From Candidatus Bathyarchaeota archaeon (lineage in GTDB: Archaea > Thermoproteota > Bathyarchaeia > Bathyarchaeales > DTEX01), in NCBI GenBank assembly GCA_963714275.1, contig CAVQNT010000003.1, positions 222,034 to 286,033 of the forward strand: 64,000 nucleotides of DNA, given 5' to 3'. The position numbers and the translations under genes are program-made. The stretch's first letter is position 1; every line of letters starts with the position of its first letter. This document shows, in pieces, positions 45,580 through 56,830 of the stretch. The notes beneath the pieces were generated by a model. The model did no database searches. It was not told the origin of the DNA and saw only the letters and a list, made by a program, of their open reading frames with translations.

Positions 45580-46609
45580 TTAATATGCGGTTTTTTCCCA
45601 TTTGCCCGTTTTCATGGATTTGTATCCAACGTCTAAGATGACGTTGCAGATGTATCCGTCTCTGAAGTTTTCTCTAGGCATCACTCCTTTTTGGACACAT
45701 TCAACAAAGTGCCGCATCTCCTCATGGTAGCCATAGGTTCGAGCCTCATCCACGCATGGAATGACCCAGCCCTTATCCATCTCAGCCTTCTCCACTACAT
45801 AACCGGTGCTTTCAAGCGTAAACACATTGATTGGCGTTCCACGGGTTACGTCTGTGAAGATGACGCCTTTAGAGCCGTAAACCTCGTTTCTCAGGTCTAA
45901 GCCTCCACGCGAGGACCAGCTGACCTCAGCTTGACCTAACTGTTTGCCTTCAAACTTGACCATGAGCAAGGCGTTGTCCTCGCATTTAATGTTGTGAACC
46001 AAGGTTTCTCCCCAAGCCAAAGCCTCAACAGCTTTTACGTCTTTGCCGATGAAGTACCGTGAAGCAGCAACGCAGTGGCAGCCCATGTCCAATAATGCTC
46101 CTCCACCAGACAAGGCTGGGTCCCAGAACCATTCTGAGTGAGGACCATAATGAGCTTCACGAGACCTAACCCAGAAAACGTTGCCTATTCCTCCGCGTTC
46201 AATAATATCCCTAGCCTTCGTAACAGCGGGGCTGAAAACCTCGGTTTCCGCGTACCCGTGAAGTACACCTGCTTTTTCAGCTGCGTCCAACATGGTTTTT
46301 GCTTCTTGCGCATTTCGAGCTAATGGTTTAGTACAGACCACGTTCTTCCCTGACTTGCAAGCTCAGAATTGCTGCTTCTTTATGAACGAAGTTAGGCAAG
46401 GCTATAATGACTAAGTCAACCTCGGGGTTTTCCGCCACCTTAGCCATGTCAGTAGTCCACTTCGGAATTTTCCATTCCTTGGCGAATGACTTTGCATGTT
46501 CCTCTTTTTGTGAGTAATTCACAATAACTTCTTGGTTGGGAACATCCTTCAGCCCGTTCATGTAGAACGTTGCTACAAAACCGGAACCTAACAAGCCCAA
46601 TTTAATCAT
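45580..46609 (-). CDS. Gfo/Idh/MocA oxidoreductase (frameshift near 46350)
   Basis: GSGFVA Rossmann motif, CTKPL and GGGALLDMGCH. Confidence 0.88.
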
Positions 46610-46950
46610 TTACAAACCTCCAACAATAATTTAATTATAAAGCAATATTTTATTAGAAAAAATTTATATATTTTCCATCATTAAAGATTCTGCTCAAATA
46701 GATATTGAGTTTGGTTTTAAAAGCCTTATCGGGCAAAATTTGTTCAGTTCGTAAAGGAAAATTCTGGCAAAAGCTGGAATGATTTCGTAAGACCTTGATT
46801 GAGCTGACTAAGCTATAGACACAGTTCCCTTAAATTTCTTTCAAACAAAGAAAACATCCGATATGAAGATCATGCAGCATACACTGCTAGACTAGAGAAC
46901 TATATCTTAATTAATTTCCATTCTGATAGTGAGCTATAGGAAGATTTGAG

Positions 46951-47621
46951 ATGGATAAGATAGATTTCAGGTTAGGTCAGGTAAATGCAGTGTTAGAGAT
47001 ACCTCCATTCTTTGTTAATTTTGATAAGAGAGCCTTCAGCTCAATGATGACAAGAGTAAAGAAGAGAGGTAGGAAAGCTCTGTTCTATGTTTACATTACT
47101 AGAAGTAACCAGTTGTCCAAGTGCACTTCTTCTGAAAGCTTTACATCCTGACATCTTTATTCCTGAAACTATTAAGATAGATAAAGAGGAAATGGACAAA
47201 GCAGAGGTCAACAGACTTCATAGAGTCTTTTAAGAAGCTAGAAACAGAATGGTCTTACTCAGGTAAAGGTCTCTGGGAGAAAACATTCTACAAATGCTGT
47301 AAGGTTATTATGGTATTGATCATAGGAGATGACAGGTGGACGGTAAGACCAATGGTATCTAAGGAAACTATTTTAGGATATGGTGTTGAAATACCTGTAG
47401 ATAAAGCACTTTGTGATAGTTTCCTCCAAGAGTTACATAATGATGAAAATATAGATCTAGAGATGCATGAACATGTTGATAACAGACATTACCACTTTAC
47501 GGTCTATTCCATTGACAGATTCATAAGTCTAGTTAAGAACTGGGATTATTATTTTTCACATAAAGAAAGGTGGAAGATGAGCATAAAGATAGAAGCTATT
47601 AGATTCTGCAGAGTCTTCTAA
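46951..47621 (+). CDS. Hypothetical protein in fragments, AT-rich
   Basis: Co-linear ORFs 46951..47151 and 47310..47621 with coding-like sequence between them; base composition differs from the flanks. Confidence 0.5.
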
Positions 47622-47914
47622 TGGTTATTGCCTAGCTCAGCTAGTTCTATCCTTCTATGTGGTTTGAGGATTGAAAAAGGCTGACCCTAGATGTCCAGTA
47701 TGCGGTTCAACATTGCGTAGGCAGGGACAGGCAGGTTTTATTTGTCCGAATCCCCGGATGTGAAGTGATTAAGGTTCAATTCGACAGAAATTTTAATGTA
47801 AAAAGAGTCTTCAAAAAAGGTCTTTCGTCATTGCCCAAGTTTGGCAAAGATTTTTCGTAGCTTTTATACATTGCAGACCTCAACAAAGAACTATATAATT
47901 GACAGAACTTAAAC

Positions 47915-48004
47915 TCAGCTACTAAGTAGAATTATTCTTCCTTTAGGAAGGCTTCCTTCAAGCATCTCGTCTAAGCCCTTAATCCCAGTAGAAACTCTAT
48001 CCAT
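47915..48004 (-). pseudogene. N-terminal remnant of a KaiC/RadA-type ATPase
   Basis: MDRVSTGIKGLDEMLEGSLPKGRIILLSS then stop, immediately before where Walker A would be. Confidence 0.7.
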
Positions 48005-48309
48005 ATATTTTCACACTTCTTACTTGTTATTTAATATTAATGTTTATTATAATATTCTTGACGGAAAAAGTTTTCATGTTTGAAGCTTTGCGACTTGGTT
48101 TGATGATTTCTTATGTTGTTTATTTCTTATCATTGGCTAGCTTATAGTAAAATAAGTGTTAAAAATTTTATATTCAGGTTCAAGTCAAATAATGGTTCAT
48201 CATGGAGGAGTTGACAGAACAACAGCAACTTATTTTGTACAAAAAGATGTAGTAGAAAATCCAATTCGTACAAAATGATACGTTAATTGCATATGAAGGT
48301 AAAAAAGTT

Positions 48310-48963
48310 TTGAAAAATATCAACGCTACAAGAGCAGCTGCCTCAACATTAGGCGTTCTTGTGGGACTGGCCGGTGTAGAACATGGTTTCTTTGAAATGC
48401 TTCAAGGTAATGTTACGCCAAGCGACATAATGATAGAAGCCATTGGTCCAGCGCAGAGGTTTTGGGAGTATGGAACTGAACGTGCTTTGACAATTATTCC
48501 TAACTTTTTTGTAACGGGTATCCTCGCAATAATCGTCGGCCTCTTAGTCACAATATGGGCGGGTGTGTTTATTGATAGGAAGTATGGCGCTTGGGTCTTG
48601 ATGCTTCTCTTAATCATACTGTGGTTAGTTGGAGGAGGCTTTGGACCAATATTCATGTCAATATTTGCTAGTGTCACCGCAACCAGGATAAATAAGCCGT
48701 TAAAGTGGTGGCGTGCACATCTCCCTGTTAACTTAAAGGGCTTCCTTGCCAAGTTATGGCCGTGGTCTATAATCGCCTTCGTGTTACTGTTTTTAATTTC
48801 CGTTGAAATTGCAATCTTCGGGTATCCTTTATTGTGGTTCTTTAGTGCAAACATCACGTACGATATTCAATATACTTTTGGTTACATCATGGTTGGATTT
48901 ATGCCAGTTTCCATCCTTACTGCATTTGCATACGATATTCAGAAACAGACCGATTCAAACTGA
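48310..48963 (+). CDS. Integral membrane hypothetical protein
   Basis: About six TM helices; G.EHG..E motif. Confidence 0.75.
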   Translation: MKNINATRAAASTLGVLVGLAGVEHGFFEMLQGNVTPSDIMIEAIGPAQRFWEYGTERALTIIPNFFVTGILAIIVGLLVTIWAGVFIDRKYGAWVLMLLLIILWLVGGGFGPIFMSIFASVTATRINKPLKWWRAHLPVNLKGFLAKLWPWSIIAFVLLFLISVEIAIFGYPLLWFFSANITYDIQYTFGYIMVGFMPVSILTAFAYDIQKQTDSN

Positions 48964-49002
48964 AAGATGTAGCACCTGTACTAGTATGATTCTTATTGTT
49001 GC

Positions 49003-49798
49003 TTATTTCCTGTCATTTTTTCGGTATTTTACTCGTGCTACAAGCCAACCGACAGCAAAACCTATCATAAGTAGAATCAGTAACGCTCCGATAAAGCCGG
49101 CTAAAAGCATCGGCTGAGAAAGTATGAAGCTTAAATGCTAGATTGAGTGTTTCCTGCCAATGCTCGGAGGTATATTTTGAAACTACTTCTGAATGTGTTG
49201 ATATGTATTCTGAGACTATTTCAGGATTGTTTGAGATAAATTCAGAAACAAGTTCTGGATTTTCGGTTAATATCTGTGAAACGACTTCGAGATTTTTTGA
49301 GATATAGTCTGATATCAATGTAACATTTTTTGATATGAATTGTGTTATGAGCTCTGGATGATCAGACATATAGGATGTGACGAGTTCGGGATTCTCAGAA
49401 ATGTAGTCTGAGACAACTTGCGGATTTTCCGATAAATAGTCAGAAATGATCGTTGGATTTGCTGATATGTAATCCATAATTAATGTTGAGTTTTCCGAAA
49501 GGTAATCATAGATCAGTTCGGGATTATCGGAGATGTAGTCCAAAACAATTGTGGGATTCGCTGAGAGGAAATTTGTTACGACAATAGGGTTGGAATAAAG
49601 ATAATCGGAGATGAATGTTTCGTTCTCTAAAATATAATCTGTCACAAGAGCATTGTAGATTTCAGGATGTTGAAGTAAATAGTTTTTTACCATTTCTTCA
49701 TCCATTTGTGCGTTGACTATTTCCACGTTGGTTTTATTGACAACTAGAAAGGATAACAGCAAACCACAGATTAAAACAACCTTCACTATCTTGTTCAA
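49003..49798 (-). CDS. Membrane-anchored surface protein with about 16 tandem 11-aa repeats (frameshift near 49135 hides the TM anchor)
   Basis: Signal peptide; repeat consensus [VI]SDY[IL]SENPE[LIV]; the alternative frame gives LLAGFIGALLILLMIGFAVGWLVARVKYRKNDRK. Confidence 0.8.
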
Positions 49799-50013
49799 TT
49801 TTATTCTCCCATTTTTTTTAGGTTAAGTTGTGGTTATTGAGAGAAAGTAATAGATTACAGAGTCAAAAACATTACTAAGGCAAGGACGACCTGCAAGTGC
49901 TTACTATATCCGACTTTATGGCATTTTGTTAAGAGTTTGGGCTAATTTATGAAACGCGAGCTCAAAATGGTTTATACGAAAGAGAAGGTTCAGGGCATTA
50001 AGGTGAAACAGTT

Positions 50014-51473
50014 TCATGCTTGTATCTTCACAATAGTCACTGAATGAGGATTAAGCACAACAGCGCATTCGCATTTTTCGACCTTTACTAAGGCTTTCTC
50101 GATTCTGACCTTATCAGGCGTGTCAAACGTGTTCCGATCATTAGGAGACTCGCCTGCAACAAACTGCGCAGAGCCCATTTTAGGTTTGAAGCCTCTAAAG
50201 GACACTCTTAAGCTTCGCGGGTTCAGCCTCATGCCTGTTCACTATGTGTAAGTAAAGAGTTTTGCATGTCTTCCGTCATGGTTGCGGACAAATCCACGAA
50301 AGGAACGTGTTCCCCAAGTTCGCTGACAAAATAGGAAGGCGCATCGACGACTGACTTGAGCACAAGACTACCTGTGCTTTCTCCGTACAACTTGAAAACC
50401 AGGTATTGAGGCGACAAAACCATACGACCATCGTCAGACGTAAGGATCAAAGGCAGAACATTTACGGTTTGGGCAAACCCCCCTATAGGCACCTTGTTGC
50501 AGAGCCTCTGAAGCGCGTTTAAAACTCCGCCGGTGAAGACGGCGTCGCCGATGTTTGTCATCTGTTCAAGTAAAGGTTCCTTGGCTTCAGGATACCAGAC
50601 GTTCCATTCGTCGAAGGCGAGCTTAATTTCACGTTTCACGCCATACCTGTGTCTCGCAGATTGAACAAGGTTATAGATGGCGGTTAGCCTTTGTTCTATG
50701 TTCACTGGGATTGCAGCCAGCTCCTTGTATGGTTTGGCGCCTCCGATGTAGATGTGAATTGAAAGATAGTCAAAGTATTCCCCCGCATTCTTAACCATGT
50801 TTAAGTTCCATTCTGGATCTTCGCAGCCGACTGCTACTAGTTTGATGTTTGGGTCGACTTTACGCATTTCGTTTGCGAACTCTATTGTTTTACGGGCGCA
50901 TTCAGCTCCGTCTACATTGAATCCGATCTGCCAATTACCGTAAAGCTCGTCCCCTATTCCCCATAGCTTAACTCCATAAGGTTCATGGTGACCGAGGCTG
51001 CGTCTAAGAGATGCATACTGTGTGTTTGTGGATGAGTTGCAGTATTCAACCCACTGAGCTGCTTCCTCCGGTGTTCCATTTCCTGCGTTTACAACCACGA
51101 AAGGCTCAGTGTTCACAAGCCTGCACCATTGCATGAACTCGTCGGTTCCGAAAGTGTTTGGTTCTTCCGCTCCCCAAGCCATATCGAAACGTGTAGGTCT
51201 TTTCCAATTTCCAACACCGTCACCCCAATGATAGCCTGAAGAGAAGTTTCCGCCTGGCCACCTCACGATTGCTGGTTTAATCTCCTTAACTGCTTCCAAT
51301 ACATCGAGGCGAAAACCGTTCACGTTAGGTATTTTCGAGTCTTCGCCTACCCAGATTCCGCCGTTAATACATCTGCCTAGGTGCTCTATGAACTGTCCAT
51401 AACAACGTTTGTCAAGCTTACCTAATGGCGCTCCCGCGTCAATAAAACCTTTACATTCCATAAAACCACACAC
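50014..51473 (-). CDS. abfA: GH51 alpha-L-arabinofuranosidase (frameshifted C-terminus)
   Basis: YGQFIEHLGR, RWPGGN, DEWNVW and AQTVN motifs. Confidence 0.9.
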
Positions 51474-51632
51474 TATACATCCTAATTATGCAGTAGCTCG
51501 GTATAAAATAATTTAAGACCTATGCCATCAACAATTTCGGAGAATCTGGCTAGCTAATTATCAATAATAAAAATAGAATAAAAAAATTCTTAAACAGAAA
51601 AAGAATCGGCGATTTTTTTGTTTGTTAAATAC

Positions 51633-51794
51633 CTAAGTATTTATAGGAGGGACCAATCGTAAACCAGCGTGTTCTAGCTCAACTAAAGTTTCCAAGGTAA
51701 GTTTAGTTCCTCCGTTCTCCATAATGATATGAAGAGCCTTCTGCCTAATGTAATCTTTAGGGTCAAAGCTTCCAGACTGCCCGTACATTGCCAT
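51633..51794 (-). CDS. 53-aa hypothetical protein directly downstream of ftsZ (not in the ORF track)
   Basis: MAMYGQSGSFDPKDYIRQKALHIIMENGGTKLTLETLVELEHAGLRLVPPINT; GGTGA site at the start. Confidence 0.6.
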   Translation of the reverse strand: MAMYGQSGSFDPKDYIRQKALHIIMENGGTKLTLETLVELEHAGLRLVPPINT

Positions 51795-51811
51795 CACCGT
51801 ATATGAAGTGT

Positions 51812-52892
51812 CTATCCAAAGATTCTGCTGAAGAATCCTTTCTTAGGTTTAGTTTGCGTTTCAAGCTCAACCTCAAGCGGCGTTCCAAGGGTTCCTTTCA
51901 CTGCACCGAAGGCCGAAAGCTCTTCCACCAAGAACGGGCTGTCCACTCCTGCAAGGACCACGGATGCACGTACGGTGCCTTGCAATCCATTACTTATTCT
52001 AGCGCCCCATGAGACTTTTGCAGATGGCGAAATTCTTTCGATAACGAGTTCTCCAGCTCGGTTGATGTCTTCAAGGGTCATGTCAGCTCCTCCCTCAATG
52101 TGGACAAGTGCGCCTTCAGATTTTCTAATTTCACCTATGTCGAGAAGCTGGTTGGATAATGCCTTGTCAACCGCAGTCTCTACCTTTATGTCTCCCTGAC
52201 CTTCTCCGAACCCTATTGCGCATACACCGCTCTCCATCATGATAGCCTTAAAGTCCGCAAAGTCAAGGTTCACAAGGCTCGGAACAGATATCGTCTCGGA
52301 AACGTTCTTAATGAAGCTTGCAACCAACTCGTTGGCAACTCCGAAAGCTCCTTCTAGAGGTAGTGTGCCTGCAACTTTTCTCAGCCGATTGTTGTCCAAA
52401 ACGATTACAGCGTCGCATTCCTCAACAAAGCGTGCAAGTCCCTCCTTGGCTTTCACTAGTCTTGCTCTTTCTACTTGAAAAGGAATTGTAACCACACCTA
52501 ATGTAACTGCGCCAAAGTCCTTAGCTGATTTTCGCTATGACTGGTGCTGCGCCTGTTCCTGTTCCTCCTCCGAAGCCTGCTGTTAAGATGGCCAGTCCTG
52601 TTCCTGCTAAAAGCTGCTTAATCTCATTTTGATTTTCCTCGGCTGATTTTGCTCCTTTCTCGGGGAATCCTCCGCATCCGAGACCGCCTGTTGCGTTGTA
52701 GCCGATCAGCAGTCTTTTGTCAGCTTTGGTTATGTTTAAGTGTTGGGCGTCGCTGTTGAGTGCGTAGATTGAGGCACCTGCTACTTCTTTTTGTTTCATC
52801 CATGAGACAATGTTGCATCCTGCTCCTCCGATGCCTAATACAGCTATTGATGGAACGGTTTCTCTAGCAATATCCTCTATGCTTTTCTCCAT
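51812..52892 (-). CDS. ftsZ: Cell division protein FtsZ (frameshift near 52525)
   Basis: GIGGAGCN, GFGGGTGTG tubulin signature, PF..E, LDNNRL and NLDFAD T7 loop. Confidence 0.93.
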
Positions 52893-53037
52893 GAATGTCC
52901 CTCTAAAAACGTATTGAATAGCCCTAAAGCCATAAATCAGTTATTAAGGTCTAAACGGTGTTTTAATTATACAATCTTAGAAGAGATTCAATTCAAATAG
53001 TCGAATCCTTGAATAATCTTACAGATTTCCAGCCAGT

Positions 53038-53226
53038 TTATGAACTATCACAAAGCCTGTTTTCGGCTATGGCTTGGAGGCAAATCCTCATTTCGTCAAG
53101 CACCTCCTTTACCCAGGCTACTAGTTTCTCTTGTTCTGCTTTTTCGATCTGATGGTTGTTAAGGGTGTCCAGCCTTTCGTTGAGCTTGTTGTAGATTCTT
53201 TCAAGGTCTTCATACAGTTCTGGCAT
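53038..53226 (-). CDS. Small helical/coiled-coil hypothetical protein upstream of ftsZ
   Basis: 62-aa ORF with heptad pattern; TATA-like TATAAG upstream. Confidence 0.6.
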   Translation of the reverse strand: MPELYEDLERIYNKLNERLDTLNNHQIEKAEQEKLVAWVKEVLDEMRICLQAIAENRLCDSS

Positions 53227-53345
53227 TCGGCATCAGTTCTTTTTTCTTTATAGGGCGTATAAGTACCGAGGAAACAAAGTTAAGATGATTAATTATTTAT
53301 CAAAAAACTGTGTCCACAATTGTTTTTGATTATGGGTTCCCATTT

Positions 53346-54822
53346 TTATTTATTATAGCCCAAAACCTTAGCCAAGATTGCAGTTATTCTTTTCCCAACT
53401 ATTTGCCCCAAAAGTTGAACATCAGATTCGTTGAAAACCTTAAGAAACCTGATGCAGCCAATGTATACAGCAGCGCCTATGAAGACGTAGACTGGAAAAA
53501 GGACCAGGCTGTAGCGAACTTGCTGGACAGCTAAAACTACTACTGCCATTATGATTGATGAAATGAGCGCCTTGAACATTGCTTTTTTGTCAATTTTTAT
53601 TCTTACGATTTTTGAAAGGAAGAACATCGTTAATAGAAGTGTAACCAGAAGGGACACTCCTCTCATGGCAGCGAGTCCATTTAAGCCTGAAACCCAGATT
53701 AGTGGCAACAGACCTAGACTTAATAATACTGGAACAAGGCTGAGAAGTAAAAAGGTTTTTGTCTTCTCGTAGATTACAAGCAGACCAGTGAATGCGGGAA
53801 GCAACCCGTAAACCAGCCCAAAAACCGCCAATATTGCCAGAACACTCCATCCTGACTCGTACTGTTGACCTGCGAAAAGCGTGATCACGGGATTTGCTGT
53901 TGAGAGAAGCCCAAGTGCCAACGGGAAAATTATGAGTATAGTGTATCTGGTTGCCCTTTTAATGCCTAAGGCTATTGCCTCGTGGTCCTTTTTTCCGTAA
54001 GCCATGCCGTAGAAGGGGTAAAGGGCTGATCCAAGGGCTGTAGCCAACGCGGCTAACACGGTGAAAGCCTGGTAGCTTACATTGTAGATTCCTAAGTCTG
54101 TTAGAGGAAGGAAAGCCAGAATTATGACTCGGTCATACCACATGTAAATAAAAGAGACTATTGCAGTCACGAAGAGCGGCCAAGAAAACTTTAGGATGCC
54201 TGGGATTAAACTAACTCCTTGACTGAACATTTTTTCTCCACGCTTTAGAAGTCCGATGGAAGCAGTAGTGTAAAGAAGACAGCAGGACCAAATCGCCTGT
54301 TATCCATCCTATCACAGTGCCGTAGAATCCGTAGCCGCTCATTAAGAGAAACACGATGACAAGCCACCTTACAATAGTTGAGGAGATGGCTGAAACTGCG
54401 AGTCTTCTCATGCGCCCTGCTCCTAAAAGGATGCCGTTGAGAACAGGAGTGAAGGCTAAAATGAAACAGTCAAGAGTGGCCAGTCTGACAAGGTCATATC
54501 TGCCTGATTGGCTGAAAAGAACAGAAGACACGTTTGCTGAAAAAATGAACAGAACCAAACAAGGCAGAAGAGTTGCTGGAATCTTAATAATAAAAGCTCC
54601 CAAAATATGGGCAGACACATCTTCACCTCGACCTTTAAGTTCAGACACGAACTTAGGCAGTGAGGAAGCAAGCCCAAAATCAAAGACCGACTGGACGAAT
54701 GAGTTGACAAGGGTTAATGCAGTCAGCATCCCCATCTGTTCTTGGGTAATTACCCTTGCCAAGTAGGTGAGTCCGAATATGCCAATTAGGGTTGTGAACA
54801 TGGTTTGGAGGGTTAGGTACAT
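53346..54822 (-). CDS. Oligosaccharide flippase (Wzx/MOP family; frameshifted)
   Basis: Multi-TM; DFGL...LPKFVSE, DR.II..FL...LGIY and LYP motifs. Confidence 0.87.
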
Positions 54823-55103
54823 TGACCCTGTAGTACGTCTGAAGCTTCCACTGTTCTTACCTTGTCCTTTTGATCAGCTTTTTTAAATACCCTTTTTAAA
54901 CGGTTATTCTGAGAGGGATTCCTTGTACGATTAACTAATATTCATTGTAATGTTAACGCCTCAATGTTGCCTTAATAAGAATTAAGGATTCTGAACCTTC
55001 CGTCCATGTATGTATTTATCGTCTAGAACATTAACATTAATTTTATATACATAACATAAAGACCTATCTTCTAGAATTGTACCCTAGGTTGCATTATGGA
55101 TAG

Positions 55104-55562
55104 ATGAGAATAATGGCAGGTTTGATAAAGAATTTTTCTTCTCGGGTTCTGAGCCAGTCTGAGGTGAAGGCTGAGATATGGAACCTTGTCCAACCAGAAC
55201 GCGGTTCGCTGGAGAAGCTGAAACGGCTTTCAATTCGTAGTGGAGTTTGGTTTAGGGTTTTGAACTGGAAACAACGAAGGCTCTTGGACCTTGTAGTGAA
55301 GATGGTGGACAGGATCCGTAGCTCTCTTCTTCTGGGGATTCTAGGTCCCTTGGTGAGTAGGTTGCTTGTAGCCATTGGCGGAGACGATAGAACTGGGGCA
55401 TTGGTTTTGATGGGAAAAGGTGCTTATGACATGATGAGGGGGGTTGCTGAGAAGATTGTTGCAGTCGCCCAAAAATGGGGAAACAAGTCCGCCAACAAAT
55501 GGTTGGATGAGGCTTTTCTAAAATTTCTCGTTGTCATGAACCTTCCAGAAAACATAAAATGA
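55104..55562 (+). CDS. Basic hypothetical protein
   Basis: 152-aa ORF with GVWFRVL and WGNKSA.KW segments; no function recognised. Confidence 0.6.
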   Translation: MRIMAGLIKNFSSRVLSQSEVKAEIWNLVQPERGSLEKLKRLSIRSGVWFRVLNWKQRRLLDLVVKMVDRIRSSLLLGILGPLVSRLLVAIGGDDRTGALVLMGKGAYDMMRGVAEKIVAVAQKWGNKSANKWLDEAFLKFLVVMNLPENIK

Positions 55563-55963
55563 TGGGGAGAAGATTAATGAGGTCGCTGAATAGACGGATT
55601 CTGCGCTGGCTCATCATTTTTAACTTGCTCGCATTGACTGCCGCATTCGCTGATTACGCGACCACAAGATATTGCTTGTCACTAATGACCGAATGTGTTG
55701 ACCGAGTATACAAAAACGGGTATAGTAGTCACATGGAGTATAATGGAGTCTATATTTATGAGGCGAATGGCGACATCGTAAGTAACAGTTTGTTCTGGGC
55801 GCTGTTGCTGTACTCGTCAGTCAGCATTATCTTCGCGTTCATCGTTAAAATGAGCAATCAGGAACATTGGCGCCTGCACCTGTTCATTTGGACCTGTTTT
55901 GTTTTTGTAACTTGGCTTCCAGCAATCAATAATATTGCGGTATTGTTGTTAGCCACGTTATAG
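55559..55963 (+). CDS. Membrane hypothetical protein
   Basis: Three TM helices; D..TT and EAN motifs. Confidence 0.6.
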   Translation: MMGRRLMRSLNRRILRWLIIFNLLALTAAFADYATTRYCLSLMTECVDRVYKNGYSSHMEYNGVYIYEANGDIVSNSLFWALLLYSSVSIIFAFIVKMSNQEHWRLHLFIWTCFVFVTWLPAINNIAVLLLATL

Positions 55964-55993
55964 GCTTTTTTTATCGTGAAAGATTGTGAAGCT

Positions 55994-56044
55994 ATGAAAA
56001 TATCTATTGTCCTAGGCACCCGTCCTGAACGCGAATTTGGATAA
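55994..56044 (+). pseudogene. 5' remnant of a wecB gene
   Basis: MKISIVLGTRPE then loss of similarity; compare [12 protein letters not shown] at 56827. Confidence 0.7.
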
Positions 56045-56130
56045 TATTGGAATCTTCGTCGGGGATGTCATGTTTTTGGTGAAAATCTTATATTCCCCAT
56101 TCGCGTTATTTTTTGGTGCTGTGGAGTGAA

Positions 56131-56368
56131 ATGGTGGAAGTAGTGGTGAAGGAAGTGGATTCTCAAGGCCGCATATCCATTCCAGTCCGGTGGAGGATGG
56201 GATGGAAATCTCGCAAGTTGGTGCTGATAAGGCGAGAAGACAGAATCGAGTTGTGCCCTATCGAATCCATGCCTCCTTCAGAGTCTGTTCGACTCGATTG
56301 AGGTATCTGAAAGCGTGGATTTCGTTAATCCGCACTCTGTTAAGAAGGCATTGTCGGAGTTACGTTAG
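56131..56368 (+). CDS. vapB: AbrB/MazE-type antitoxin (frameshift near 56284)
   Basis: KEVDSQGRISIP..WR; coupled to a PIN gene. Confidence 0.85.
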
Positions 56369-56830
56369 TGTTGAGGTTTGTGGACTCTAACGTTTTCCTC
56401 CATGCTTTCCTTGTCCCTCGAAGGTCGTTGACGGAAGAGGAGAAGTACGTCAAGGACGAAGTTAAGGGGATCGTGAAGGGGATTGAGGAAGGCGAAGAGG
56501 TGGTTACGTCAACGGTTCACTTGTCAGAGGTGGTTAACATAGTGGAGTCTGGGTTGAGTCTTCAGAAGTCTCTGGGGTTTCTCGCTTGGGCCGTGACAAG
56601 CGACAATGTTAAAGTTCACCCGGTTACGTTGCAGGATTATGAAGTCTGCTTTGCCACTTGCGAAGGATAACGATGTAAGCTTAAACGATGCTCTAGCGTA
56701 CTCGTTTATGGTTGCTGATGGAATCAAAGAAATTTACTCTTTTGATAGACACTTCGACAATCTTAAGGACATCGCAAGGCTGCCGGAACCATTTCTTTCA
56801 TCAACGCGGAATAAGCGACCTAAGATTTGA
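56368..56830 (+). CDS. vapC: VapC PIN-domain toxin (frameshift near 56645)
   Basis: [15 protein letters not shown] and YSFDRHFD acidic PIN residues. Confidence 0.88.
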
